The position numbers and the translations under genes were made by a program. Under the pieces are notes generated by a model that searched no databases, was not told the origin of the DNA, and saw nothing but the letters and a program-made list of their open reading frames with translations. This document shows positions 8,924 to 18,700 of a DNA stretch of 58,837 nucleotides, one piece after another (position 1 is the first letter of the stretch; each line of letters starts with the position of its first letter). Source of the stretch: Thermoanaerobaculia bacterium (GTDB taxonomy: Bacteria; Acidobacteriota; Thermoanaerobaculia; UBA5066). The stretch is taken from the NCBI GenBank assembly GCA_041482235.1, contig JBGPDK010000003.1, positions 1 through 58,837 on the forward strand. The letters are read 5' to 3'.

Positions 8924-10111
8924 TCAGGACGAAACGGCGAACGCGTTCCCCAGGTCTGCGATGAGGTCGGCGGCATCCTCGATGCCCACGGCCAACCGGA
9001 CCAGATTATCGAAGATGCCGATCGCCCGGCGCTCTTCGGTGGTCAGCTCATAGAAGGACATCAGGGCCGGCTGCTCGATGAGGCTCTCGACGCCCCCCAG
9101 CGACGGCGCGATGATGGGCAGCGTCGTGGCGTCGATGAAGCGGGAGGCCGCGTCGAGGTCCCCTTTCACGAGGAAGCTCACAACGCCGCCGAAGCCCGAC
9201 ATCTGGCGGGCGGCGGCCTCGTGGTCGGGGTGGCTCGGCAGGCCGGGATAGAAGACGCGCTCCACGCGGGGATGCGCCTCGAGCCAGGTCGCGACGCGGA
9301 GAGCCGTCTCGTTCTGACGACGGACGCGCAGATCCAGGGTCTTGACTCCGCGCAGGAGAAGGTACGCCGCGTGCGGATCGAGAACGCCGCCGAGGACTCC
9401 GCGGAGGTCGCGCAGGCCGGAGACGAGGGACGCCTTCCCCGAGAGCGAGCCGGCGAGGAGGTCGTTGTGGCCGCCGAGGTACTTCGTGGCCGAGTGGAGG
9501 ACGAGATTCACGCCGAACTCCAGCGGCCGCTGGTTGACGGGCGTCGCGAACGTCGAATCGATGAGGATCTTCACGCCCGGATGCCGGTCGCGGATCGCGA
9601 CGAGGCGCGGCAGGTCCGCCACGCGCAGGTACGGGTTCGTGGGCGACTCGGCGAGGATGAGGCGCGTCTTCCCCGGCCGGATCGCGGCTTCGAGCGCTTC
9701 GTAGTCGCCCGGCTCGACGAAGGTATTCTCGATTCCATACCGTGGAAGCGTCCGGGCCACGAACTGCCGCGTCCTTCGGTAACAGTCCGATGTCATCACG
9801 ACGTGCTGACCGCTCTTCAGCAGGGCGAGAAGCGCGGTCGTGGCCGCCGCCATCCCGCTCGAGAAGAGGACGCAATCCTCGGCTCCGTCCAGCTCCGCGA
9901 TCTTCCTCTCCGCCGTCCGGACTGTCGGGTTGCCGTACCGGCCGTATTCCTCGCGCTGGATCCGGCCCTCGAAGTGGTCGCGGATCTCCGCGGTGTCGTC
10001 GAAGGCGTAGGTGGCCGTGCAGACGATCGGTTGCGCGACGGCGTCGAACGCCTTCTTCCGCCCTTCGCCGCCGCGCGCGGCGCGCGTTCCGGGACCGGGC
10101 GGCGAGGTCAT
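8924..10111 (-). CDS. Cys/Met metabolism PLP enzyme, cystathionine gamma-synthase-like (resembles the plant type)
   Basis: YGRYGNPT, SGMAA, ESPTNP, DSTFATP, HSATKYLGGHND (PLP lysine), SLGGVESL. Confidence 0.88.
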   Translation of the reverse strand: MTSPPGPGTRAARGGEGRKKAFDAVAQPIVCTATYAFDDTAEIRDHFEGRIQREEYGRYGNPTVRTAERKIAELDGAEDCVLFSSGMAAATTALLALLKSGQHVVMTSDCYRRTRQFVARTLPRYGIENTFVEPGDYEALEAAIRPGKTRLILAESPTNPYLRVADLPRLVAIRDRHPGVKILIDSTFATPVNQRPLEFGVNLVLHSATKYLGGHNDLLAGSLSGKASLVSGLRDLRGVLGGVLDPHAAYLLLRGVKTLDLRVRRQNETALRVATWLEAHPRVERVFYPGLPSHPDHEAAARQMSGFGGVVSFLVKGDLDAASRFIDATTLPIIAPSLGGVESLIEQPALMSFYELTTEERRAIGIFDNLVRLAVGIEDAADLIADLGNAFAVSS

Positions 10112-10389
10112 CGCGCCCCGCCCGCGATGGCGGGAACAATGGAGACCGAGTCACCGTCCCCGACGGGCGTTTTCAGGCCGTCGAGGAAGCGGATGTCCTC
10201 GTCGTTGACGTAGATGTTCACGAAGGCCCGGAGCGTGAGGTCCTCGTTCAGGAGATGCGACCTCAGTCCCGGATATTCCTCGAAGAGGCGCTCCAGGACG
10301 GACGAAACCTGCGCCGCCTCGACGCGGATCTCGGCGCGGTCGCCCGTGAACCGCCGCAGGGGAGTGGGGATTCGGACGGGAACGGGCAT
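10108..10389 (-). CDS. Ubiquitin-like sulfur carrier (MoaD/ThiS/CysO family), 93 aa, ending GG-AR
   Basis: C-terminal part of ORF 10108..10869: MPVPVRIPTPLRRFTG...FVNIYVNDEDIRFL...VSIVPAIAGGAR. Overlaps both neighbours. Confidence 0.92.
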   Translation of the reverse strand: MPVPVRIPTPLRRFTGDRAEIRVEAAQVSSVLERLFEEYPGLRSHLLNEDLTLRAFVNIYVNDEDIRFLDGLKTPVGDGDSVSIVPAIAGGAR

Positions 10390-10850
10390 CAATTCTCTCC
10401 TTCTCTCCAAAGCGTCGTGACGTACTCGTCCGAAAAGTCCGAGCTTTCGATCGTCACGGGCTCGAACGGAAGTTCCGGGCCGTAGATCTCCCACGCCCCG
10501 ATGTCCCGCGCATGGCCTTTCTGCACCGAGACGATGACGGTCAGGAGCCCCTCCCAGGCGTGCGTCCTGTCCGTGTCGGAAGGGCGCGCGGGATGGTCCG
10601 GATGACTGTGCCAGAAGCCAAGAAGGCGGAGGCCCTGCGAGTCGGCCTCGCGCTCGGCGCGCAGGTAGTCCCCCGGAGAGACCTCGAACCTCACGCGCGG
10701 ACTGCCTTTCTCCGTGTTGGGGAGAAGAAGCGTGACGCGCACATGGTCTCTCTCGCCCAGGAGCGCGCCGCAGCCCTCGTACGGATACGCGGCCGACGCC
10801 GCGCGGGCGATGTCCTCGAGGACGGCGCGATCGAAGCGAATGGCGCTCAC
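10389..10850 (-). CDS. JAMM/MPN+ (M67, Mec-like) metallopeptidase
   Basis: YPYEGCG and HSHPDHPARPSDTD (HxHx7Sx2D). GTG 10850 overlaps the upstream stop. Confidence 0.92.
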   Translation of the reverse strand: MSAIRFDRAVLEDIARAASAAYPYEGCGALLGERDHVRVTLLLPNTEKGSPRVRFEVSPGDYLRAEREADSQGLRLLGFWHSHPDHPARPSDTDRTHAWEGLLTVIVSVQKGHARDIGAWEIYGPELPFEPVTIESSDFSDEYVTTLWREGEN

Positions 10851-11446
10851 AGCCCGAGGTGCCGCGCAACCTCTTCCGGGCTCGCGAGGAGCGCTCCGGC
10901 CTGCCGCTTCTTCACGCGATTGTCGGGGCCCGTGACGAGGAAGTAGGGCACGCCGCGGATGCTCATCTTCCTGGCCCACGCACCCGAGCTGTCGACGAGG
11001 ACCTCGCGTACGATCCTGCGGGCCATCTCCGCGCATTTAGGCATCGCATCCATGCCCACGACGAACGTGGTCTCGATGCCGCGTTCCTTCACGAGGTCGG
11101 CGAGCGCGCGATCGCCCGGGAGCGACTCCTTGCACGGGCCGCACCACGGCGCGACGTAGATGATGAGGCAGCCCTTCGCGCCGGCGCACTGCCCGGCGGG
11201 AGCATCGCCCGCCGGAGTTCCGTCCGCGGCAAGGCGCGGCAGCGAGGCTGCCCCGAGCCTGGTCGGCGCGCGCATCAGCAGCCAGGCTGCGGCCGCGAGG
11301 GCGACGAGCCCGAGGAGCACCGTTCGCCCCGGCGGACCCATCGGGGCTGCGGGGCGTCCCGTGTCGAAGCGCGACGGCGGTGCGGGCCGCGGTGTGGGGG
11401 CGTATCCGGGCGGGGGTGACTGGGTTCCCATGCCGCTCATTCTCAC
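10847..11446 (-). CDS. Membrane-anchored thioredoxin-fold protein (TlpA-like); start uncertain
   Basis: One N-terminal hydrophobic helix, APWCGPC active site, cis-Pro GVP. Confidence 0.75.
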   Translation of the reverse strand: MRMSGMGTQSPPPGYAPTPRPAPPSRFDTGRPAAPMGPPGRTVLLGLVALAAAAWLLMRAPTRLGAASLPRLAADGTPAGDAPAGQCAGAKGCLIIYVAPWCGPCKESLPGDRALADLVKERGIETTFVVGMDAMPKCAEMARRIVREVLVDSSGAWARKMSIRGVPYFLVTGPDNRVKKRQAGALLASPEEVARHLGL

Positions 11447-11487
11447 CCGGGGGCGCGATCATTCCCTAGAATGTCCGGGAGAGCGTC

Positions 11488-12423
11488 ATGGAAGAAGGTC
11501 GAAACTCCCTCCGCGTCCTCACCTTCGCGCCGAAGCCGGGCGATGCGCCGCGCGTGGGCGCTCTCGCGGCGAACGGGCGGATCGTCGATCTGGGAGCGGC
11601 CGCCTCGAAGGCGAAAACGAAGCTCTCCTTCGACTCCGCGCGGATGGTCTCGCTCATCGCCGCCGGCGAACCGGCGCTCGCCGAGGTGCGAGCCCTCCTC
11701 CTGTCGGCTCCACTGGACGGCCCCCGCGCCGAGGACGTGAGGCTTCTCGCCCCGATTCCCGACCCCGTGAGAAACGTCTACGCCGTCGGGTGGAACTACC
11801 TGGACCACTTCGAGGAGGGGAAGGGACTTCGCGACGCGAGCCAGACGCTGCCGGAGCACCCCGTGTTCTTCACGAAAGCCACGCACGCCGTGAACGGCCC
11901 CTATGACCCGATCCCTTACGACCCGAGGGTCTCGACGAGCATCGACTGGGAATGCGAGCTGGCCGTCATCATCGGGCGGCGCGGGCGCAACATCCCCGAA
12001 GAGAAGGCGCTGGAATTCATCTTCGGATTCTCCGTGATCAACGACACGACGGCGCGCGACCTCCAGCAGAAGCAGCACGGGGGGCAGTGGTTCAAGGGGA
12101 AAAGCCTCGACGGGCACGGCCCGATGGGGCCGTGGATCGTGACGGCCGCCGGGTTCGACTACGACAACCAGCACCTCGTGACACGCGTCAACGGCGTCGT
12201 GAAGCAGGACGCGAGCACGCGCCAGATGTACTTCAAGGTGCCCCGCATCGTGTCCGAGCTTTCTCTCGGCCTCACGCTCGAGCCGGGCGACATCATCGCG
12301 ACGGGAACGCCGCCCGGCATCGGCTACGCGCGCAAGCCGCCGGAGTTCCTGAAGCCCGGTGACGTCATGGAGACCGAGATCGCCGGGATCGGGCTACTCC
12401 GAAACGAGATCGTGGCCTCTTGA
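11488..12423 (+). CDS. Fumarylacetoacetate hydrolase family protein
   Basis: VGWNYLDH, DWECELAVIIG, NDTTARDLQ, WFKGKS, PGDIIATGTPPG. Confidence 0.92.
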   Translation: MEEGRNSLRVLTFAPKPGDAPRVGALAANGRIVDLGAAASKAKTKLSFDSARMVSLIAAGEPALAEVRALLLSAPLDGPRAEDVRLLAPIPDPVRNVYAVGWNYLDHFEEGKGLRDASQTLPEHPVFFTKATHAVNGPYDPIPYDPRVSTSIDWECELAVIIGRRGRNIPEEKALEFIFGFSVINDTTARDLQQKQHGGQWFKGKSLDGHGPMGPWIVTAAGFDYDNQHLVTRVNGVVKQDASTRQMYFKVPRIVSELSLGLTLEPGDIIATGTPPGIGYARKPPEFLKPGDVMETEIAGIGLLRNEIVAS

Positions 12424-12496
12424 CGGCGGCGCGCCTGCGAGATGAAGCATCTGCCTCAGGGAATTTCCGGGGGTCTCCTGCGTTATGCTGCTGCTG

Positions 12497-12874
12497 ATGA
12501 GTCGCTCCGGGCCCTCCGTTTTCATCCGCCTTTCGGCCGCCGCGTTCGCGGTTGTGCTCCTTTCGGTCCCGGCTCTCGCGGCTCTCCGGCCCGTGAATAC
12601 GGCTTCGTGCTGCCGGCCGGCGGGAGCGCCGATGGGATGCTGCGTGGGCGGAAACGTTCCGGACTCCTCCGCGAATTGCTGCCGCCCGTCCGCGCCCGAG
12701 GAGGCCGCGCCTTCGCTTCAATCGTCCGCCCCGGCCCACGCGGCGCCTCCCGCGATCCTCCTTGACCAGCCGCTTCCGCCTCTCGCGGCCTCCACCGCGG
12801 GGCCGGCGCGCCGCGTCGCGCCGCGCGCCCGATCGGCTCCTCTCTTTCTCCTTTTCGCGGTCTTTCTGGTCTGA
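12497..12874 (+). CDS. Cys-rich secreted leader ORF upstream of the cus-like operon
   Basis: Signal-peptide-like N-terminus, three CC pairs, Pro/Ala-rich linker, hydrophobic C-terminus RSAPLFLLFAVFLV. ATG 12497 is preferred because TATGCT (12484-12489) lies 7 nt upstream. Confidence 0.7.
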   Translation: MSRSGPSVFIRLSAAAFAVVLLSVPALAALRPVNTASCCRPAGAPMGCCVGGNVPDSSANCCRPSAPEEAAPSLQSSAPAHAAPPAILLDQPLPPLAASTAGPARRVAPRARSAPLFLLFAVFLV

Positions 12875-12942
12875 TCCCTCGTCGAACAGTTCTCCCGCCG
12901 CCCGAAAGGGCGGCTCCGTGAGGCATTTCGACGAGGTGATCA
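12872..12942 (+). promoter_or_regulatory. RBS-sequestering RNA stem-loop between the leader ORF and the cusC-like gene
   Basis: TGATC+CCTCGTCGAA (12872-12886) pairs with TTCGACGAGG-T-GATCA (12927-12942), covering the SD GAGG at 12933-12936. Inner hairpin GCCGCCC-GAAA-GGGCGGC at 12897-12914. Confidence 0.75.
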
Positions 12943-14307
12943 ATGCTGGCGAGAGAAGAAGAAAAGAGAAGATTTCTTAGAGGGTCCCGAGCTGCCGTTG
13001 GACTTGTGCTTTTCCTTTGGTGTCTTGGTTCGGCGAGCGCCCGTGGAGGAGAGACCTCCCCGGGTTCGGCCGCCGCCGAGGTCGAGGCGCTCGTGGCCGA
13101 GGCGCTCGCGAAGAACCCGGATCTCGCCGCGGCGCGCCAGGAGGCCGCCGCCGCCCGTGCGGGCGTCGCTCCGGCGGGCGCGCTGCCGGACCCGATGTTG
13201 AGCGTCACCTACGAGAACGACGGAACGAGCCTGTCTCTGGGCGTCGAGCCGATGACGCGGCTCTCCTTCATGGCTCAACAGGCGTTCCCGTTTCCGGGAA
13301 AGCTCGCGCTCGCCGAGAAGGTCGCGAGCGCCGATGCGGGGCGCGGCGCCACGCGGCCCGAACGCGTGGCCCTGACGCTGGAAGCCGCCGTGCGGCGCGC
13401 CTACGCCGATCTCCTCGAGGCACGCGAGGACCTGAGACTCGTGGACGAGCAGATCGCGACCTGGCGCGACATCGAGGAGGACGTCCGCGTCCGCTATTCG
13501 GCGGGGCTGGGAACGCAGCAGGACGTCCTTCGCGCCCAGGGCGAGAGGACGCGCCTCCTCCAGCAGCGGCGCCGCGACGAGGCTGCAGAGAAGACCGCCG
13601 TGAGCGCCCTGAACCAGCTTCTGTACCGAACCGCGCAGAGCCCCCTTCCGACGAAAAAGGAGCTGACTCCGGGTGCTCTCCCCGGCGTCCCCGCGGGGCG
13701 CGAGGTCGTCGAGGAGGCGCTGAAGGCCACGCCCGAGCTGAAAGACGCGGCGCTCGCGGTGGACCGCGCGAAGCTGTCGGTGGATCTGGCGAGGCACAAT
13801 CTCAAGCCCGACTTCGTGGCTTCGGCCGCCTACATGAACCGCGGAGGGCTTCCTCTCATGTGGTCCGCCGGCGTCGGCGTGTCGATCCCGCTCTGGGCCG
13901 GAAAGAAGCAGAGGCCGCTGATCGTCGAAGCCGAGGCGCTCGGGGAGGCGGCCTCGGCGACCGAAGCCTCGCTGCGCCGCCAGGTGGAGGCACGAACCGA
14001 GGAAAGGTTGATCCGCCTCGAGCAGATTGCGGACGAGGCGAAGCTCGACGCCGAAGGCGTGCTCGTGCAGGACAGGCTGTCCGTCGACTCGGCTCTCGCG
14101 AGCTATCGTACCGGCTCGGTACCCTTCGTCACCGTGCTGGAGGCGCTCGGCACGTACTTCATCGACCGCCGCGCTGCGGTCTCGCGCCTCGCCGGGTTCA
14201 TTCGCGCCGAGGCCGACCTTCGGGAGTTCTCCCTGGACCGCTCCGGGTCCGCCGCGATGGCGTCTTCCCGCAGCCCCTCCTTCAGCGCCGCCGCATCCAG
14301 AATGTAG
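12943..14307 (+). CDS. TolC-family outer-membrane factor (CusC/CzcC-like)
   Basis: Signal peptide, ALAKNPDL, LPDPML, QAFPFPGKL, YRTG; first gene of an RND trio. Confidence 0.9.
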   Translation: MLAREEEKRRFLRGSRAAVGLVLFLWCLGSASARGGETSPGSAAAEVEALVAEALAKNPDLAAARQEAAAARAGVAPAGALPDPMLSVTYENDGTSLSLGVEPMTRLSFMAQQAFPFPGKLALAEKVASADAGRGATRPERVALTLEAAVRRAYADLLEAREDLRLVDEQIATWRDIEEDVRVRYSAGLGTQQDVLRAQGERTRLLQQRRRDEAAEKTAVSALNQLLYRTAQSPLPTKKELTPGALPGVPAGREVVEEALKATPELKDAALAVDRAKLSVDLARHNLKPDFVASAAYMNRGGLPLMWSAGVGVSIPLWAGKKQRPLIVEAEALGEAASATEASLRRQVEARTEERLIRLEQIADEAKLDAEGVLVQDRLSVDSALASYRTGSVPFVTVLEALGTYFIDRRAAVSRLAGFIRAEADLREFSLDRSGSAAMASSRSPSFSAAASRM

Positions 14308-14318
14308 GAAGGACGGAC

Positions 14319-15776
14319 ATGAAAGCACCGCGTCTCGCCCGAGTCCTCCTCGCCTTTGCCGTGGCTGCCGCGCTTCCGCCGGCCGTCGCCCTCCTGACGG
14401 GATGCGCGCCCAAGGGAGCGGACACCTCCGCGGCGAAGAAGTACCAGTGCCCCATGCATCCTCACATCATCCGCGACAAGCCCGGGGATTGCCCCATTTG
14501 CGGCATGAAACTGGTCAAGATCGAAACGCACGCTCAGAGCGGCGCCCCGGAGGGAACGACTCCGGGAGCGGCCGGGGTCCCCCGCCGGATCCTCTTCTAC
14601 CGCTCCCCCATGAACGCCACCGAGACCTCGCCCGTACCGAAGAAGGACTCGATGGGAATGGACTTCGTGCCGGTCTACGCGGACGAAGCGGAGAGCGCCG
14701 CCGGAAGTCCGGAGGGGCTCGCGCCGGTGACGATCGACGCGGCGAAGAGACAGCTCCTCGGGCTGAAGACAGTGGCGGTCAAGCGTGCCCCGTTCGAGAC
14801 GTCGATTCGGACCACCGGCCGGGTGGCTGCGGACGAGCGGCTGATCCATCACGTCCACACGCGCTTCGAAGCGTTCGTCGAGCACGTGACCGCCGACTTC
14901 ACCGGCAAGTACGTCACCAAGGGCGAAGCGCTCGCGTACCTTTACAGCCCCGAGCTCTACGCGACCCAGCAGGAGTATCTCCTCGCTCTCAGGGCGTCGA
15001 AGTCTCTCGGAACGTCCGGGGTCTCCTCGGTCGCGCAGGGAGGCCAGGATCTGCTGTCCGCCGCGCGCCAGCGGCTGATCCTCTGGGAGATCACGCCGGC
15101 CGACATCGAGCGGATCGAGAAGAACGGCCAGCCGATCCGCGCCATTCCGGTCTATGCGCCGATCTCGGGCTACGTGACCGGCCGCACCGCCTATCACGGC
15201 ATGAAGGTGATGCCTGCCGACACGCTGTTCGACATCCTCGACCTCTCGCACGTCTGGGTTCTCGCGGACGTCTACGAGTACGAGTTGCCGCGCCTGACCG
15301 TGGGGCAGCGCGCGACGGTGACGCTCTCGTACTGGCCCGGGCGCGTCTGGAACGGCAAGGTGACGTACGTTTACCCGGCCGTCGACGAGAAAACGCGGAC
15401 CGTGAAGGTGCGCGTCGAGCTCGACAACCCGAAGGGAGAGCTGAAGCCCGAGATGTTCGCCGACGTCACGGTTCACGGTTCGGCTCGGGACGTCCTCCAG
15501 GTTCCGGACGACGCGATCCTGGAGAGCGGGACGCGGAACATCGTCTTCGTGTCCGAGGCCGAAGGGAAACTGTCGCCGCGCGAGGTCTCGGTGGGCGATC
15601 ACGGCGCCGGGGCCGTGGAGATCCGCGACGGGCTGAAGGAGGGCGACGTGGTCGTGCTCGGCGCGAATTTCCTCGTCGATTCCGAATCGCGCCTCAAGGC
15701 CGCGATCTCGGCCATGACGTCGGCCGGCAAGAAGGAGGCGCCGGCACCCCTGCCAGACGCCGGGCAGAAGCGCTGA
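14319..15776 (+). CDS. cusB: CusB-like RND periplasmic adaptor with N-terminal heavy-metal-binding modules
   Basis: Lipobox LTGC; YQCPMHP..CPICGMKL; YRSPMN..KKDSMGMDFVPVY; LYSPEL, LKPEMF, FLVDSES. ATG 14319 is in the frame of ORF 13017..15776. Confidence 0.88.
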   Translation: MKAPRLARVLLAFAVAAALPPAVALLTGCAPKGADTSAAKKYQCPMHPHIIRDKPGDCPICGMKLVKIETHAQSGAPEGTTPGAAGVPRRILFYRSPMNATETSPVPKKDSMGMDFVPVYADEAESAAGSPEGLAPVTIDAAKRQLLGLKTVAVKRAPFETSIRTTGRVAADERLIHHVHTRFEAFVEHVTADFTGKYVTKGEALAYLYSPELYATQQEYLLALRASKSLGTSGVSSVAQGGQDLLSAARQRLILWEITPADIERIEKNGQPIRAIPVYAPISGYVTGRTAYHGMKVMPADTLFDILDLSHVWVLADVYEYELPRLTVGQRATVTLSYWPGRVWNGKVTYVYPAVDEKTRTVKVRVELDNPKGELKPEMFADVTVHGSARDVLQVPDDAILESGTRNIVFVSEAEGKLSPREVSVGDHGAGAVEIRDGLKEGDVVVLGANFLVDSESRLKAAISAMTSAGKKEAPAPLPDAGQKR

Positions 15777-15786
15777 GGAGGATGGA

Positions 15787-18700
15787 ATGAGCGCCTCCCC
15801 GCACGCCGAGCCCGGCCTCATCCAGAAGGTGATCCGTTTCTCGGCCGAGAACAAGTATCTCGTCGTCGCGATTTACGCGATCGTCATCGTTCTAGCGGTC
15901 GGCGTCATTCGGCGCACGCCGCTCGACGCCATCCCCGACCTCTCGGACACGCAGGTCATCATCTATTCCCGCTGGGACAGGAGCCCCGACGTCCTCGAGG
16001 ATCAGGTCACGTATCCGATCGTGACGTCGCTTCTCGGGGCGCCGAAGGTGAAGACGATCCGGGGCTTTTCGGATTTCGGCTTCTCGTACGTCTACGTCAT
16101 CTTCGAGGACGGCACCGACATCTACTGGGCGCGGTCGCGCGTCCTCGAGTACCTGTCGAAGATCCAGTCGCGCCTCCCCGCGGGCGTGAAGACGGAGCTC
16201 GGGCCCGACGCCACGAGCGTCGGCTGGGTCTACCAGTACGCCCTCGTCGACGAGAGCGGGAAGAACGCGACCGACGACATCCGCTCGTATCAGGACTGGT
16301 TCCTGAGGTATGCGGTGCAATCCGTGGCCGGCGTCGCGGAGGTCGCGAGCGTGGGCGGCTCCCAGAAGCAGTACCAGGTGACGCTGGACCCGAACACGCT
16401 CTCGGCGTACGGCCTGCCTCTCGAGTCCGTCGTCGAGGCGATCCGCAAGAGCAACAACGAGATCGGCGGGCGCCTCATCGAGTTCTCGGGGCGCGAATAC
16501 ATGGTTCGGGGCCGCGGCTATCTCAAGACGGCCCTGGACATCGGCAAGATCGTCGTCAAGACGAACGAGAAGGGGACGCCGTTGACGGTCGGCGACGTCG
16601 GGCGCGTGTCGCTCGGTCCCGAGATCAAGAGGGGGATCGCCGACCTCGACGGCAAGGGAGACGCCGTGGGCGGTATCGTCGTGATGCGCAGCGGCGAGAA
16701 CGCTCTCGACGTCATCGAGCGCGTGAAGGCCCGTCTGAAGGAGATCGAGCCGTCGCTTCCGCCGGGCGTGAAGATCGTTCCGACGTACGACCGGTCGGAC
16801 CTGATCAAGCGCTCCGTCGACACGCTGAGGTCGAAGCTGATCGAGGAGATCATCGTCGTCTCGATCGTCATCCTCGTGTTCCTCTGGCACGTTCCGAGCG
16901 CGATCGTCCCGATCGTGACGATTCCGATCTCCGTCGTCCTCGCGTTCATTCCGTTCAACGCGATGGGCCTGAACATCAACATCATGTCGCTGGGCGGCAT
17001 CGCGATCTCCATCGGAATCCTCGTGGACGGCGCGATCGTGGAGGTCGAAAACGCGTATCACAAGCTGCAGCAGTGGAACGACGGCGGCCGGCCCGGCGAC
17101 TTTCACAAGGTCCGGCTCGCGGCGCTCATGGAGGTCGGCCCCTCCGTGTTCTTCTCGCTCCTCGTCATCGCCGTCGCGTTCCTGCCGGTCTTCACGCTCG
17201 TCGACCAGGAAGGGCGGCTCTTCAGGCCGCTCGCGTTCTCGAAGAACCTCGCGATGGCGATCGCGGCGTTCCTCGCCATCACCCTCGATCCGGCGATCCG
17301 GATGATGTTCGCGCGCATGGACGGCTTCTCCTTCCGCCCGAAGTGGCTCGCCTGGATCGTCAACCAACTCGCGGTGGGGAAGTACTACGCCGAGGAGAAG
17401 CATCCGATCAGCGTCGTCCTTCACCGGCTCTACGAGCGGCCCTGCCGCGCCGTGCTCCGCCATCCGAAAACGACGATCGCGATCGCCCTCCTCGTGATGC
17501 TCTCCACGGTCCCGGTCTTTCTGAAGCTCGGCTCCGAGTTCATGCCGCCGCTCTACGAAGGCTCGATTCTCTACATGCCGACGACCCTGCCAGGGATCTC
17601 GGTGACCGAGGCCGAGCACCTGCTGCAGGTGCAGGACCGCGTCCTGAAGTCGTTCCCGGAAGTCGAGCGGGTCTTCGGCAAGGCGGGCCGGGCCGATTCC
17701 TCGACCGATCCGGCGCCGTTCTCGATGATGGAGACGACGGTCATCCTCAAGCCCGAGGCGGAATGGCGGAAGAAGGAACGCTGGTACTCATCCTGGGCGC
17801 CGGAGTGGCTGGCCGGATTCTTCCGCCACGCGTGGGACGACCACATCTCCCACGAGGAGCTCGTGGACGAGATGGACCGCGCGCTGAAGATCCCCGGGAC
17901 GACGAACGCATGGACGATGCCCATCAAGAACCGCATCGACATGCTCTCCACGGGGATCAAGACGCCCATCGGCATCAAGGTCTTCGGTTCGGACCTCAAG
18001 GAGATCGAACGGATCGGCGTGGAAGTCGAGGCGGCCGTGAAGGCCGTTCCGGGCACCCGTTCGGCCTTCGCCGAACGGGTCGCTGGCGGGTACTTCGTCG
18101 ACTTCGACCTGGACCGCGACGCGCTCGCCCGGTACGGCCTCACCGTCGACGACGCGAACGCCGTCATCATGACGGCGATCGGAGGCGAGACGGTCACGAC
18201 GATCATCAAGGGCCGGGAACGCTACTCGGTCAACGTGCGTTACTCGCGCGAGCTGCGCGAAGATCTCGACCTGCTCGCCCGCGTCCTTGTCCCGACGATG
18301 TCCGGCGCCCAGGTGCCGCTCGGCCAGCTCGCCGCGATCCATCAGGTGCGGGGGCCGGCAATGATCCGCAACGAGAATGGTCTCCTCTCGGGCTACGTGT
18401 ACGTGGACTTCGACACCTCCAAGGAGGACGTCGGCGGCTACGTCGAGAAAGCGAAGAAAGCCGTCGCCGAGAACGTCAAGGTGCCACCGGGCTATTCGCT
18501 CCAATGGAGCGGCCAGTACGAGAACATGATTCGCGTCAAGGAGCGCCTGAAGGTCGTCATCCCCGTGACGCTCGTCCTCATCTGGCTGCTGATGTACATG
18601 AACACGAAATCGGCCATGAAGACGATGATCGTCCTCCTCGCCGTGCCGTTCTCGATCATCGGCGCCGTGTGGTTCCTGTACCTTCTCGGCTACAACCTGT

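Noticed and set aside
7699-10850. Ubiquitin-like anti-phage system (Bil, CBASS type II) or molybdopterin/thiamine biosynthesis
   Set aside because: No E2, cyclase or effector; no moaE or thiG. The rhodanese fusion and the PLP enzyme point to sulfur transfer for amino-acid metabolism.
12897-12914. GC hairpin as an intrinsic terminator
   Set aside because: No U-tract follows, and it is nested inside the larger RBS-sequestering stem.
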